Positions 15,229-25,187 of a DNA stretch of 45,923 bases are shown in pieces (the first letter of the stretch is position 1; every line of letters begins with the position of its first letter). A program made the translations under genes and the position numbers. The notes under the pieces were generated by a model. That model had not been told where the DNA came from. It ran no database searches and was given only the letters and a program-made list of their open reading frames with translations. Source of the DNA: a virus; the IMG/VR virus record IMGVR_UViG_3300045988_112896, positions 1 to 45,923 of that record. The stretch is one strand, 5' to 3'.

Positions 15229-17474
15229 ATCAATCCTTTCACCTTCATCTTTCCGCTCAGAGAGCCGTTGAATGTGATTTCATCGACCAAGATCAATGCG
15301 TCCATTTCATCGGTGTAGAGGGTTTGCAGACCGATAATGTCACCCACTTCCATTTCCGGGTTGCCCCGGTAATCTGCTTCGTAGGTGTTTCGCATGGTCA
15401 GGTAGCTCATAACATGATTTGCAAGAGCCGCACACATTGTATCGTTGGTAATGAGGGGGTTTTCCTCCTTGTCGATTTCTCCCTCTAAGGCTACGGGGTA
15501 GGAAACGACCACCGAGTTCTCAGAGAGAGTCTTGCCGGTAATCACCACAGATTTAGTGCCGGAGGATAACACCAAATCCGCAGCTCTGGCATAGATGTTG
15601 GAGGAAACCAACGAACCGCCAGATACCGAGATGTTTATATCTTGTGCCGGACCAGAGAACTCAACATGAAGCTGAGTCTCGGTGGTCGTTCCCTCATAGA
15701 GTGTCTGCGAATCGTTGTTCGCAGTATAGGCATACTTGGCAACCGATACCGCCTTGAGCTGGTCAATCTTCGAGATTTTCTGACTCTTCTCACCGATAGA
15801 GGTAAAATCCAGAGTGAAGTCAGTCTCCCGATAGTAGAGCTTACTTACCCTCATTCTCCGGTAGGGAAGATTGCCGTACATTGTGACTTCAATCTTGGTA
15901 CAGTCAACCGCTTTGTTGGTGGATACAAAAACCTCAGCGGAGTCCACCTGGACGGTTTGCGTATCAAGCAAAGAAGAATCCTTGTAATACTTCACCTGGA
16001 CGGAAGAGGGATACTCGTCAAGAGAAGAGTCAAACCGGATTGCCATAACAGGGAGATCGTGAGAAACATCAAATTCCTTGGTGAAGACCGGGGGAGTGGT
16101 AAAAGAACCGTCCTCCCCGGTCATTGCTTCACTGATAAAACCTCTGCCGGTAGGGTTCTCGTCAGGGATAATCACCTGACTCCCGCCGTCCAATGTCCAG
16201 CGGTTCAGCTCCAATGTGGCATAGGTGTTACCAGCGATATTCCCCCTGTCCACAGTGTTCCACTCGCTGTACCACAGATGACCGTTGTCGTTCCACTCGC
16301 CACTGTAAATGCCGGTCACGGTCACACCAAAGGGCTTAATGTGAATGATATTGTCATCATCGGTAAACAAGCGACAACGGCAAGCATGAGCGATAAGCTG
16401 CAAACAGTTCATGTGGGTGTCAATGGGTAGAGCTGCCGTTGTGAACATTTGCTTCAAGGCAGGGTCAATATCCCAAGGGTTTGTCCCGTGTTCGGTTAGG
16501 GTCAGCCCTGCGTCTAGCAGGACTTCTTCTGCCATATCATAAAAATTCTTGTTTCCCAACTTGCTCTTGTAGAAAGTGCCGCTGAGACTGCCGATCAAAC
16601 CCGTACAGGAGAAAGTAGCCTGATTGTTCTGAGCCGTAGGCTTTCCGTTCAACAGGTACTTATCTGCCTTGAGCTTTTCGATTGTTCCATCTGGAAGCTC
16701 ATATCCATACCGAATAGAGATAGGGGCATTTTTGTCCACATAGGAGTAGATACCAACCGGGTTATCCGGGTCATAATTGTGTTCGTAATCCAGAATCACG
16801 AACTGCATGGTTTCGGTAGGAAGTCTACGGCTGAGAGGGTCAACATCGTGGCTCTGTTTGACAGATACCAGGTCTTTGTTGCGGAACACAATTTCAATGC
16901 CGTAGAGAACCGCTTGCAGTCTCGGACGGCGATAGGGCAAACATTTTCCGAAAGCAATGGTGATCTTATCGCATTGCTCAGACCTTGCGGAAATGACCAC
17001 GGTGGTTCCGGTTACCGGCTGAGTAACTGTTTCACTTACTTCTCCATTTAACCAGAATTCCACCCTCACCGTTTCCGGCCATTCCTGGTAGAGAGCGTCA
17101 AAGGTTAAGGTCAATCCTGGAAAATCATGAGGGTAAGTAAAGATTTTGGTGATAACCGCTTCGGTTGTAAACTCACCTTCACTGTTGCTCATGTGACTGG
17201 ACACAAACCCGTCATACATCGTGCCGGAAGAGGGTACAATGACCGTATTGCCGTCCAAAGCCCAGCGGTTCAGTTCCAGATCTGCATAGGACTTTTCGTA
17301 TTCGTAATTGTAGTCAAGCGTATCGAATTCAGAATAACTCTGTTCTCCGTTACTGCTCCAACTACCGTCAGTAGCCGCCGTTGCGTCTACATTTCCGAAG
17401 GAAATTTCCACATAAGAGCGGTTACGAAGCATGGACTTCATGCTGGCTTTGTAGGCATTGCTGACCGCTTTCAT
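15225..17474 (-). CDS. Large distal tail / baseplate protein with an internal domain duplication
   Basis: 749-aa ORF. Two homologous modules of about 160 aa run ELNRWALDG...LPYRRPRLQAVLYG and ELNRWTLDG...LPYRRMRVSKLYY. Confidence 0.65.
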   Translation of the reverse strand: MKAVSNAYKASMKSMLRNRSYVEISFGNVDATAATDGSWSSNGEQSYSEFDTLDYNYEYEKSYADLELNRWALDGNTVIVPSSGTMYDGFVSSHMSNSEGEFTTEAVITKIFTYPHDFPGLTLTFDALYQEWPETVRVEFWLNGEVSETVTQPVTGTTVVISARSEQCDKITIAFGKCLPYRRPRLQAVLYGIEIVFRNKDLVSVKQSHDVDPLSRRLPTETMQFVILDYEHNYDPDNPVGIYSYVDKNAPISIRYGYELPDGTIEKLKADKYLLNGKPTAQNNQATFSCTGLIGSLSGTFYKSKLGNKNFYDMAEEVLLDAGLTLTEHGTNPWDIDPALKQMFTTAALPIDTHMNCLQLIAHACRCRLFTDDDNIIHIKPFGVTVTGIYSGEWNDNGHLWYSEWNTVDRGNIAGNTYATLELNRWTLDGGSQVIIPDENPTGRGFISEAMTGEDGSFTTPPVFTKEFDVSHDLPVMAIRFDSSLDEYPSSVQVKYYKDSSLLDTQTVQVDSAEVFVSTNKAVDCTKIEVTMYGNLPYRRMRVSKLYYRETDFTLDFTSIGEKSQKISKIDQLKAVSVAKYAYTANNDSQTLYEGTTTETQLHVEFSGPAQDINISVSGGSLVSSNIYARAADLVLSSGTKSVVITGKTLSENSVVVSYPVALEGEIDKEENPLITNDTMCAALANHVMSYLTMRNTYEADYRGNPEMEVGDIIGLQTLYTDEMDALILVDEITFNGSLSGKMKVKGLI

Positions 17475-17485
17475 GTGACACCTCC

Positions 17486-17869
17486 TTAAAACGGTTCTCC
17501 ACAGTCAATCAGGTTGACTTTGCAGTTGATGTAGTCAAGCGGAAGCTGTGTGTTAGGGTCAAGGTGGAACGGCTCTGCGGTTCTGTCACCGGGGTACATC
17601 TTTCGAGTAGTCCAGGTATTGTTCACCATATCAGGGTAAGAAACCGTGACATAGAAATTGGAAAACTCTTTCAAAATGGCCGACCATTGTTCCGCAGTCA
17701 GGTAAGCCCATTCCAAATTGTTTAACTTCTGCTGTTCCCGGCCCACCACCTGACCGACTACAACCGCATTTGCGTTTCTAGCCGAGTCAACGATGGTGGC
17801 AACCATGAGGTTCAAGCCCCTTCGGGGGCAAGGATATTCATGACCATTGATTCTGATAAAAGCTGCCAT
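17486..17869 (-). CDS. Distal tail protein candidate, hypothetical
   Basis: 127-aa ORF immediately downstream of the tape measure gene. Confidence 0.5.
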   Translation of the reverse strand: MAAFIRINGHEYPCPRRGLNLMVATIVDSARNANAVVVGQVVGREQQKLNNLEWAYLTAEQWSAILKEFSNFYVTVSYPDMVNNTWTTRKMYPGDRTAEPFHLDPNTQLPLDYINCKVNLIDCGEPF

Positions 17870-17881
17870 GTCCTTACCCCC

Positions 17882-20800
17882 TTAGTAAGCGTTGGAAAAT
17901 GCGCCGGAATTTACCCGGACACCTCTCTTCTGACTGTACCGATCATAAGACCGGCCAATCACATCGTCTCCGATAGATACAGACAAATCCTTGTCTTCAA
18001 TGATATTCATGAGTGCGTAGATAGCGGCAATCACGCCGTCATTGGCAACGGTTACGCCAGCGGTGATACCTTCAACAATCTGGTCGTTGTTGGCAACAGC
18101 CGTTCTCCGCCCCATGCTGCCGACCATTTCTGCACCGGCTTCACGGGCAATGAAGAGCTGACCTTCGTCAACGAAGCCACCCTCTGCCAGTCTGGGAATA
18201 GACACTTCCGGGATAAGAGAAATCTTGATACCGAGAATACCCACCAGGCCATTGATGAAGGAAATAACATCGTTGACAATACCGATAACTCCATTGATAA
18301 AACTCTCGAATAGTCCAAGACCGCCGTTCACAAATCCCTTAAAGGCATTGGTAATTCCATCCAACATATACTGAATTTTCTCAGAAAAGAAATCCCAGTT
18401 CAGGGCCACGGAGGAAGCCAGGGTAGCGGCACCGGCCAGCAGAAGACCGATACCAAGGGGGATACCAACGCCCGTTACCAGAAGCAATAGACCGAGGGCC
18501 AGCAATGCGGCACCGGCAGCTACTCCAATCTCTTTCAAAGTGTTCTTCACAGAGGTGACCACGGTAGTCCAGTTCAGAGCGGCAGTTGCGGCAAGACCAA
18601 CGGCACCGAGAGCAATCAGCCCGATGCCCAGGGGAAGCCCGGCACCGGAAAGGGCCAGAATCACGCCCAGGGCAAGAACGGCGGCACTTGCGGCAGCGGT
18701 AATGATACTGATAGTGTTTTGCACTTGGTCAGACAAACCGCTCCAATTCGGCACGATTGCCGTAGCAATCATGACTGCACCGGACAACAGAAGCGCAATA
18801 CCGAGAGGAATATTTGCACCAGAAAGAGCTAAAATAGCACCAAGGGCAAGGAACGCAATCGACACCGCCGTTGTGATAATGGTCAGAGTATTCCTGACTT
18901 CATCGGACAAACCATTCCAATTCAAGACTGCCGCAGAAGCAAGAGTGGCACCACCAATCGCCATCATAGCAATACCGAGAGGAACACCGCCGCCGCTAAA
19001 TGCCAAGATAGCACCCAGAGCCAGGAGAGCGGTTCCAACCAACACTCCAATACGAGACAGAGGTTCACTGATCTCCTTAGTAAGCGTACCCCAATTCAAG
19101 GCCGCTGCCGTTGCAATACTCACAGCACCGATAGCCATAAGAGCAATGCCCAGGCCGGTAGCAACGCCGGTAAACGCCAGCATTGCGCCAACTGCGAGGG
19201 AAGCACCGGCCAGAATACCGGTCAGGGTGGTCAGTGCGTCCGTGATATTCTGGTTACTTGCATTCCAGTTCACAACTGCCGCCGTCACAATGCTTACTGC
19301 ACCGAGGGCCATGAGTGCAATACCAAGGGGAATGTTGGCACCGGAGAACGCCATAATTGCACCCAAGGCAAGCATGAAACCGCCTACCACGCCGGTAATC
19401 AACGCTAGGGTATTTGCCAACTCTGTACTCATACCTCCCCAATTCAGAGCAATAGTGGCTCCAAGACCAACTGCACCAGCCGCCATAAGGCCAAGGCCAA
19501 GAGGGATATTAGCACCGGTCAGAACCAACATGGCACCAACAGCCAGAAGTGCGCCGGAAACAATTACGGTGATCTCAGCCAGGGAGTTTTCAATCATGGT
19601 TTTGATTTCACCAACCTTGGTGGAAATAGCGTCACCAAGGAAGTCATAATCGGGAAGTTCAAAATCAAAACCTCCCGCACCTCCACCGACACCACCGGAA
19701 CCGCTACCGCTTGCTGTATCGGGAGAAAACACATTCAGTTCGTCAAAACCAGCGGTGTACTGCTTCAACTTCTTAGCAGCACCAGCGGCATCGTCAAGGC
19801 CAGTTGCCATGTCTTCGGCACCAGCGGCTCCAAGGGTAAGGCCGGAATAATCAACCTCTGTCATCTTGAACCCAAACAGAGAAGCAAGGGCATTAGCGAT
19901 TTCCCGAATAACCTGAACTACCGCAATGGCATAGGGGAGAATGGCATTCAGAGCGGGAATGAAAATGTTGCCGATTGCTCTTGCCGCCATGGACAACTGC
20001 GCTTGCAGAATACGAAGCTGATTTGCAGGGGCTTCCAGTGTTCTTGCCAAGTCACCCTGAGCGGTTGTGACCTGAGTCATAATGGCATAGTATCGCAACT
20101 CTGCCTTTTCAGCCTGGGTCATAGAAGCCACACTCTTGTCGATACCCAGGGAAAGGGCAACCGCTTCCAATCTGGCTTGAGACAGGTCAAAACCGAGACG
20201 GCGTAACGGCTCCAACTCACCAGAAATGCCGGATTGTAGCTTCTGCATTGCGTCCTCAACAGAAATATTGAAGAAAGAGGACAGATCATAACCGAGCTGG
20301 GTCAGGTTCTTACTCATGAGAGCTGCTCGGTCTGCGGTATCACCAAATCCGGTCAGCAAAGTATTGAAAACGCCCTGGTTTCTAATCCAATCAGACAGGT
20401 CAATACCTAAAACTTCACTAACCGTCTGACCATAGGCAAACGCTTCCTCTGCGTACTCCCCCATAGCAACAGTGAAAAGGTTCAGGTTCTCTTGATATTC
20501 GTTGGACTTAGTGATAGCAGTTCCGACAAGAGACGCTATTCTTCTTAATCCGTATAAAACGGCTGTAAACTTCAACCCACCAAGGACATTGCCAAATAGC
20601 CCGGTTTGGGTAGTAGCATTTCGGATTGTATTGTTATATCTTTCGGTACTAACGATCAGCCTTTGAATTCTTGAAGGAAATGCCGAAAATCCAGCGGCAA
20701 CCCTATTCATTTCATCGGCAAACGGCCTCATTGCAATAGCCAAATCATTCATTTGCCGAGAAAACTTGTCAATGTCGGCCTTTTCTAATTCTTCAATTAC

Positions 20801-21238
20801 ACTGGGAAGCTTCTTGAGCTGATTGATAAAGGTGGTAAGATTGGAGCGTCCTAATTCGGATAGGGGCTTCAATCCATTCGCTAGAGCAACGAGCTTATCT
20901 CCATCAGTCCAACTGATTTTAGAAAGACTTACACTCAAGGCATTAAGCTGATTTGGGATAGAGCTGGATAGTTTCAAATTGCCAAGGTCTTTCAGCGTTT
21001 TTAAGCTGTTTGCAATACGGGTGATTTTCTGCGACATATCACCGCTATTCAAGCCTTTTAACGCATTGCTAAGTTCCTTAATACCCTTACTGGTCTGGGA
21101 CAACCCATTTACGCTTCTGCTGGTTGCTGTCTTCAAACGACTTAGACTATTTCTAAGTGCGTCAAGACCCTCAACTGCACCAGCACTATCCTCTTGAATT
21201 TGAAATTCCAAACCCCGGATTTCGACATTATCAGCCAT
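17882..21238 (-). CDS. Tail tape measure protein
   Basis: 1118-aa ORF that follows the G/GT chaperone pair. It has a helical N-terminal part, a long Gly/Ala-rich TM repeat region and a conserved C-terminal block. Confidence 0.85.
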   Translation of the reverse strand: MADNVEIRGLEFQIQEDSAGAVEGLDALRNSLSRLKTATSRSVNGLSQTSKGIKELSNALKGLNSGDMSQKITRIANSLKTLKDLGNLKLSSSIPNQLNALSVSLSKISWTDGDKLVALANGLKPLSELGRSNLTTFINQLKKLPSVIEELEKADIDKFSRQMNDLAIAMRPFADEMNRVAAGFSAFPSRIQRLIVSTERYNNTIRNATTQTGLFGNVLGGLKFTAVLYGLRRIASLVGTAITKSNEYQENLNLFTVAMGEYAEEAFAYGQTVSEVLGIDLSDWIRNQGVFNTLLTGFGDTADRAALMSKNLTQLGYDLSSFFNISVEDAMQKLQSGISGELEPLRRLGFDLSQARLEAVALSLGIDKSVASMTQAEKAELRYYAIMTQVTTAQGDLARTLEAPANQLRILQAQLSMAARAIGNIFIPALNAILPYAIAVVQVIREIANALASLFGFKMTEVDYSGLTLGAAGAEDMATGLDDAAGAAKKLKQYTAGFDELNVFSPDTASGSGSGGVGGGAGGFDFELPDYDFLGDAISTKVGEIKTMIENSLAEITVIVSGALLAVGAMLVLTGANIPLGLGLMAAGAVGLGATIALNWGGMSTELANTLALITGVVGGFMLALGAIMAFSGANIPLGIALMALGAVSIVTAAVVNWNASNQNITDALTTLTGILAGASLAVGAMLAFTGVATGLGIALMAIGAVSIATAAALNWGTLTKEISEPLSRIGVLVGTALLALGAILAFSGGGVPLGIAMMAIGGATLASAAVLNWNGLSDEVRNTLTIITTAVSIAFLALGAILALSGANIPLGIALLLSGAVMIATAIVPNWSGLSDQVQNTISIITAAASAAVLALGVILALSGAGLPLGIGLIALGAVGLAATAALNWTTVVTSVKNTLKEIGVAAGAALLALGLLLLVTGVGIPLGIGLLLAGAATLASSVALNWDFFSEKIQYMLDGITNAFKGFVNGGLGLFESFINGVIGIVNDVISFINGLVGILGIKISLIPEVSIPRLAEGGFVDEGQLFIAREAGAEMVGSMGRRTAVANNDQIVEGITAGVTVANDGVIAAIYALMNIIEDKDLSVSIGDDVIGRSYDRYSQKRGVRVNSGAFSNAY
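18360..19580 (-). repeat. Seven tandem ~58-aa (174-nt) repeats inside the tape measure gene
   Basis: Each unit ends at a conserved NW (IALNW, AVVNW, AALNW, AVLNW, IVPNW, AALNW, VALNW) and holds two hydrophobic segments. Coordinates are approximate. The antisense ORF 18540..19649 is a by-product of this repeat. Confidence 0.8.
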
Positions 21239-21704
21239 TCACTCCACCACCTTTCTTTTTAAATTTCTGGTTCGTAGCCGCCGCAAACATTTCCATATAC
21301 TGCTTGGCTTTCATATCACTCTTCTCCTGAACAGTGACCTTCTGTTTTTTGTCACTCTTGTCAAACAGCTCATACGGAGCGTCACGATACGGCGTGGGTT
21401 TTGTGCCTTTTTTCGCAAAAGCCCTGAGAACAGGAGAAGCGTCAATGAGAGCTTCATAGATATAGGCACCTTGCAACCATGCGTTTTGATTAGACAGGTC
21501 TTGCCGTATTTTTGCCGCCTTTCTGTAATGCTCTACAAGCGTAGCGTCCTTCTCCCAGAACAGCTCATAAGTCATTCCGATAGACAGATAATATGGAAAG
21601 ACCCGATTGAAAGCGTCTGTGTAAGCAAAACGGGGAGCGGGGCCTTTGTTGCCACCGCCCCCCTCGCTATCGGACGAGCTGCCGCTTACCAAGCAGCCGT
21701 CCAC
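21231..21704 (-). CDS. Tail assembly chaperone frameshift extension (T-like part of G-T)
   Basis: This ORF lies in the -1 frame relative to 21686..22027 and overlaps its end. It has no convincing start of its own. Confidence 0.7.
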   Translation of the reverse strand: MDGCLVSGSSSDSEGGGGNKGPAPRFAYTDAFNRVFPYYLSIGMTYELFWEKDATLVEHYRKAAKIRQDLSNQNAWLQGAYIYEALIDASPVLRAFAKKGTKPTPYRDAPYELFDKSDKKQKVTVQEKSDMKAKQYMEMFAAATNQKFKKKGGGVNG

Positions 21705-22027
21705 TCCAAGTTTCCCTCGTCATTCTCAGACTCAGGGTCATCCAGAAGGGTCAAGAGAGGTTCGTTATACATCTCGACCAGCTTGGAAATCAGCTCGTCC
21801 TTGCGGTTCAGCCGATTGTAGATATTGTTGATCACATCACGCTTCACAAAGCGATGATTAGCCAGAAACGCACCCGCAAACAGGGTGGGCAGCAGGGTCA
21901 TGGGCTTGCGCTCCACATCGGCAGCGATAAAGCCCTGCTTTTCCATGGTTTCGACACTCTTCCGGGTGAATTCCAGGGTATAGGTCTTATCGGAAGAGGG
22001 GTCTTTGATAATGAGCTGTTTAGCCAT
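21686..22027 (-). CDS. Tail assembly chaperone (G-like)
   Basis: 113-aa ORF between the major tail protein and the tape measure gene. It contains the slippery heptamer near its 3' end. Confidence 0.75.
   Translation of the reverse strand: MAKQLIIKDPSSDKTYTLEFTRKSVETMEKQGFIAADVERKPMTLLPTLFAGAFLANHRFVKRDVINNIYNRLNRKDELISKLVEMYNEPLLTLLDDPESENDEGNLEWTAAW
21710..21716 (-). promoter_or_regulatory. -1 programmed ribosomal frameshift slippery site G GGA AAC
   Basis: The minus strand reads GAG GGA AAC TTG in the zero frame, which phases the heptamer as X XXY YYZ. It lies 21 nt upstream of the G stop codon. Confidence 0.75.
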
Positions 22028-22061
22028 GATAAATCCTCCTTATCATTTACGCCGACTGAGA

Positions 22062-22493
22062 TTACTCAGCAGAAAAAGTGATGGGGGTGGACGGAGCAAT
22101 GGAGATGTTCATGTCAACCACCTCATTGACACCGCCGCCCACGGGGTACACGGAAAGCTGGCCCTCGAAAGCGAACTTACCGTTGCTCCCATCGGGAGTC
22201 ACAGTGCCGCCGCTCTCCTGACCGCCGAACCACACGGCATACTTTTCAGTCTTGCCTTCAAGCTGCTTGAGAGACTGGAAAACCGCCATGTCGTAGTTGG
22301 CAACGAAGGACAGGCCGTCAAGGGACTGAATGCCGGAAATGTAGGTCTGCATATTGTCAGACAGGGTGGTGGTTTCCAGCATCTCAGGCTCGCCACCCAG
22401 GTCGGGGAATTCCTTAATGTCACACAGCTTCGTATAGGTGCTGCCGCTGGATTCCTCGTGCATCAGAAAAACCTTGTAGGTACTAATAGCCAT
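22062..22493 (-). CDS. Major tail protein
   Basis: 143-aa ORF immediately upstream of the chaperone pair, preceded by a strong RBS. Its size and position are typical of siphovirus tail tube proteins. Confidence 0.7.
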   Translation of the reverse strand: MAISTYKVFLMHEESSGSTYTKLCDIKEFPDLGGEPEMLETTTLSDNMQTYISGIQSLDGLSFVANYDMAVFQSLKQLEGKTEKYAVWFGGQESGGTVTPDGSNGKFAFEGQLSVYPVGGGVNEVVDMNISIAPSTPITFSAE

Positions 22494-22497
22494 GATC

Positions 22498-22899
22498 TTA
22501 CCTCCTGTAAAGATTTTTTCCGTCCGTCTCGGCCTGATACCGAGCTACGATACGGTAAATGGTTGCATTTTCCAAATTGGGAACCGGGGACATTGCGGTG
22601 CGAATGAAATTACGCCGGTACATGAGGTCATCAATGACCCGCATGATACTTCTGCATTGTGCCTTTTTTCCGGTTGTCTTGTTGGAGTAAATGTTGATCT
22701 CATACATCAGTGTCACGAACTGTTCCGTATCACTGGTGCTTAAATGTTCCGTGGTAGGGTAATTGTCCTGTTCAACAATGCTCACATGGGGGAAAGAGGA
22801 TGGGGTTCTAACATACTCTCCACTTACATTGATACCCGGAAAGGCTTCACGGAGAGCCTGAGCAATCGGCGTGTAAATTTGATTTTCCACATCAATCAT
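22498..22899 (-). CDS. Tail terminator / tail completion protein
   Basis: 133-aa ORF. The assignment rests on position in the head-tail joining block. Confidence 0.55.
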   Translation of the reverse strand: MIDVENQIYTPIAQALREAFPGINVSGEYVRTPSSFPHVSIVEQDNYPTTEHLSTSDTEQFVTLMYEINIYSNKTTGKKAQCRSIMRVIDDLMYRRNFIRTAMSPVPNLENATIYRIVARYQAETDGKNLYRR

Positions 22900-23417
22900 C
22901 GAAAGACCTCCTTAGCTAATCCAGGCAATAATCCTTGAAGATATTTAACGGTTTCGTACATAGACATATTGGCTGGATTACCGTGAGTGATGACTACGGT
23001 ATTTCCATTTCCCTTTATCCGTACTTCACCGTTTGTTCCCGGTTCACCGTAATAACCCCAAGATGATTGCTTTCCATGACCTGCTCCATACTCTCCCCGG
23101 CGCATACCGAGTTCGTCAGCTTCCGGGTGATTATCCGGGTAAGTTACACCGGTTCCAAACTCAATGAATAAAACAGATGCTCCAACTGCAACAATAGCCC
23201 TTGCGTGTTCACCCTTGTATTCAACTGACACAGATACATCTTTAGTTCCATCGTAAATTGCTTTTGAAAAATTTGCCGATGCAACAACAAAACCATTCTG
23301 CGCCAGAAGCTCAAGAAGAATCTTACTACGGTTTTCCAACCAAGTTTTATATTCGTCAACCTCTCGAATGGCCTTGTCAATTCCCGCAACAGAAAGCGGA
23401 ACCTTGATAACTTTCAC
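22896..23417 (-). CDS. HK97 gp10-like neck/tail component
   Basis: 173-aa ORF. The FIEFGTG motif is typical of the HK97 gp10 family. Confidence 0.6.
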   Translation of the reverse strand: MKVIKVPLSVAGIDKAIREVDEYKTWLENRSKILLELLAQNGFVVASANFSKAIYDGTKDVSVSVEYKGEHARAIVAVGASVLFIEFGTGVTYPDNHPEADELGMRRGEYGAGHGKQSSWGYYGEPGTNGEVRIKGNGNTVVITHGNPANMSMYETVKYLQGLLPGLAKEVFR

Positions 23418-23788
23418 GACACATTCACCTTGCTTACAGCATAGGAGATGGAATTCAAACTCTTGGCAACCCGTTTTACAATGTAGTCATACAAAGGATT
23501 GCCGTCAGGGTCATACTCAGGTTCTTTGTCGATGAACAATACGGAATTTTCATCAATCGGACAGGACAGGTCATCGGTTACAATAACCTTGTCATACGAG
23601 ATGAAATTACCAAACTGCTCCACCTGAGCAGAACCAGTTGCGGAAGAAATATTTTCCTTTCGCTGAACGGCTTCTTTGTAGATCACACGGTAGTCACCCG
23701 TTTCATTCCCATCATCGTCGGTCACGGGAACTTTCTTGTCGTACAGGAGATACCAGAATGGTACTTTATTCCGCTCCATCGTTTTCAT
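23414..23788 (-). CDS. Head closure / head-tail joining protein
   Basis: 124-aa ORF. The assignment rests on position. Confidence 0.5.
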   Translation of the reverse strand: MKTMERNKVPFWYLLYDKKVPVTDDDGNETGDYRVIYKEAVQRKENISSATGSAQVEQFGNFISYDKVIVTDDLSCPIDENSVLFIDKEPEYDPDGNPLYDYIVKRVAKSLNSISYAVSKVNVS

Positions 23789-24122
23789 CGGCAGTCACCT
23801 CATGAATCAGACTTGCGAACGGAACAATCTCACGAAGCAGAGTAGGCGGCACATCTCCGTCCTCATAAGAACGAGAAATACCGTTCTCGCTGTGAGAAGT
23901 TTCCCCCTCAGCACCTCGCTTGTTCAACAGATAAGCGGCAATTTCTACTTGGGTGTAAGCATACCGGGCAGGAACCTCAGTTACGGAATCGTCATAGGGA
24001 TAGGCTCTGCGAAGAACCTTATTCCCGGCAATAGAGAGATAGGTGGAAAGAACAGTATCATCAGTCTCACCGGTCATTGCTTTCAGCATAATCAGCTTTT
24101 CCGAATCACTCATACTTTCCAC
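23766..24122 (-). CDS. Head-tail connector (gp6-like adaptor)
   Basis: 118-aa ORF directly after the capsid gene. The pattern LSTYLSIAGNKVLRRAYPYD...EIAAYLLNKRGAEGE is typical of gp6-like connectors. Confidence 0.6.
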   Translation of the reverse strand: MESMSDSEKLIMLKAMTGETDDTVLSTYLSIAGNKVLRRAYPYDDSVTEVPARYAYTQVEIAAYLLNKRGAEGETSHSENGISRSYEDGDVPPTLLREIVPFASLIHEVTADENDGAE

Positions 24123-24146
24123 CTATCCTTTCTCCATCAATTTTGA

Positions 24147-25175
24147 TTAGCCGCCAGCGACTTCCTTGGTGTTCACGGGATTGGACTCGTCATTGGCAAT
24201 GAACACGCTGCGGCTGTACTTGGGAGCAGTAAAGCTCTGAGCAATGCCGGTAAACTTACCATGATACCACTCAGGGCCATGGTCAAGACCAATCTGGCCG
24301 AAGAGCTGATACTTCTCACCGGCACCAGTCTTAGCAAGGGGTTCCAGGAAGAAATTACCCTTGCCGGGAACAGGCTGATACACGGGAGCCAGCACATTCA
24401 GGTTCAGCAGCAGAGCAGTACCAGCAGGAAGGAACTCGCCCAGATACAGGTACACAACACCAATGGGGGTCACCACACTGGACAGCGCAATACCGTTGAT
24501 CTCACGAGCAGCAGGGACAACGGTAAGGCCGTTCTGCACAGCGTCAGCGTTGACCTGGAACAGGGTAGTAGCGTCACACCACAGAACCAGGCCGTCAGTA
24601 GGAGCATTGGCACCGTAAATCTTCTTCACCATATCGGCAATGTCCCACAGACCCAGGGGCTTACTGCCCATGGCCTTGGTATTGGTAGTGATCGCTTCCA
24701 CCAAACCACGAGTCTTGTTCACGGTTGCGTCAGAGGTAGCCTTGTTGAAGGTACCCTGAATGAAAGTGAACTCAATGTCACGGTTCACCTTCTGCATCTT
24801 GGCGGCAACCTGGAAATCCAGCTCATTGATAGGATTGGCCTGCTGGTTGGCAATGTTGATGCCGCTCAGAGTACCCATATTGGACTGCTTGGCATAGGAA
24901 ATGCCAACGGACTCCTGGAAAATCTGAGTCACATTGGTCTTCTGCTCACGGGTCACAACACTGGCTTCCGGGGCAGTCAGAGAGGCAGTCTCAGAAATGG
25001 AGGGCTGAGAGCCGCCACCGGTAGTGTACTCCTGACCGGTAACGAACTCGACATGGTTGGTGGTCTTAGCTCTGCCGCCGATAATGGAACTCAGCGGACA
25101 CCGGGTATTACCCTTGTTGAAGAGCATACCGGAGTAGTTCAGAACACCAAAGCTGGTAGCAAAAGTATCTGACAT
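24147..25175 (-). CDS. Major capsid protein
   Basis: 342-aa ORF after the scaffold gene. The antisense ORF 24261..25172 is a shadow of it. Confidence 0.8.
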   Translation of the reverse strand: MSDTFATSFGVLNYSGMLFNKGNTRCPLSSIIGGRAKTTNHVEFVTGQEYTTGGGSQPSISETASLTAPEASVVTREQKTNVTQIFQESVGISYAKQSNMGTLSGINIANQQANPINELDFQVAAKMQKVNRDIEFTFIQGTFNKATSDATVNKTRGLVEAITTNTKAMGSKPLGLWDIADMVKKIYGANAPTDGLVLWCDATTLFQVNADAVQNGLTVVPAAREINGIALSSVVTPIGVVYLYLGEFLPAGTALLLNLNVLAPVYQPVPGKGNFFLEPLAKTGAGEKYQLFGQIGLDHGPEWYHGKFTGIAQSFTAPKYSRSVFIANDESNPVNTKEVAGG

Positions 25176-25187
25176 GATAATTCTCCT

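Noticed and set aside
18540-19649. 369-aa + strand Ala/Pro/Arg-rich ORF
   Set aside because: It is antisense to the GC-rich tandem repeats of the tape measure gene. The open frame is a consequence of the repeated GCN/GGN codons on the other strand.
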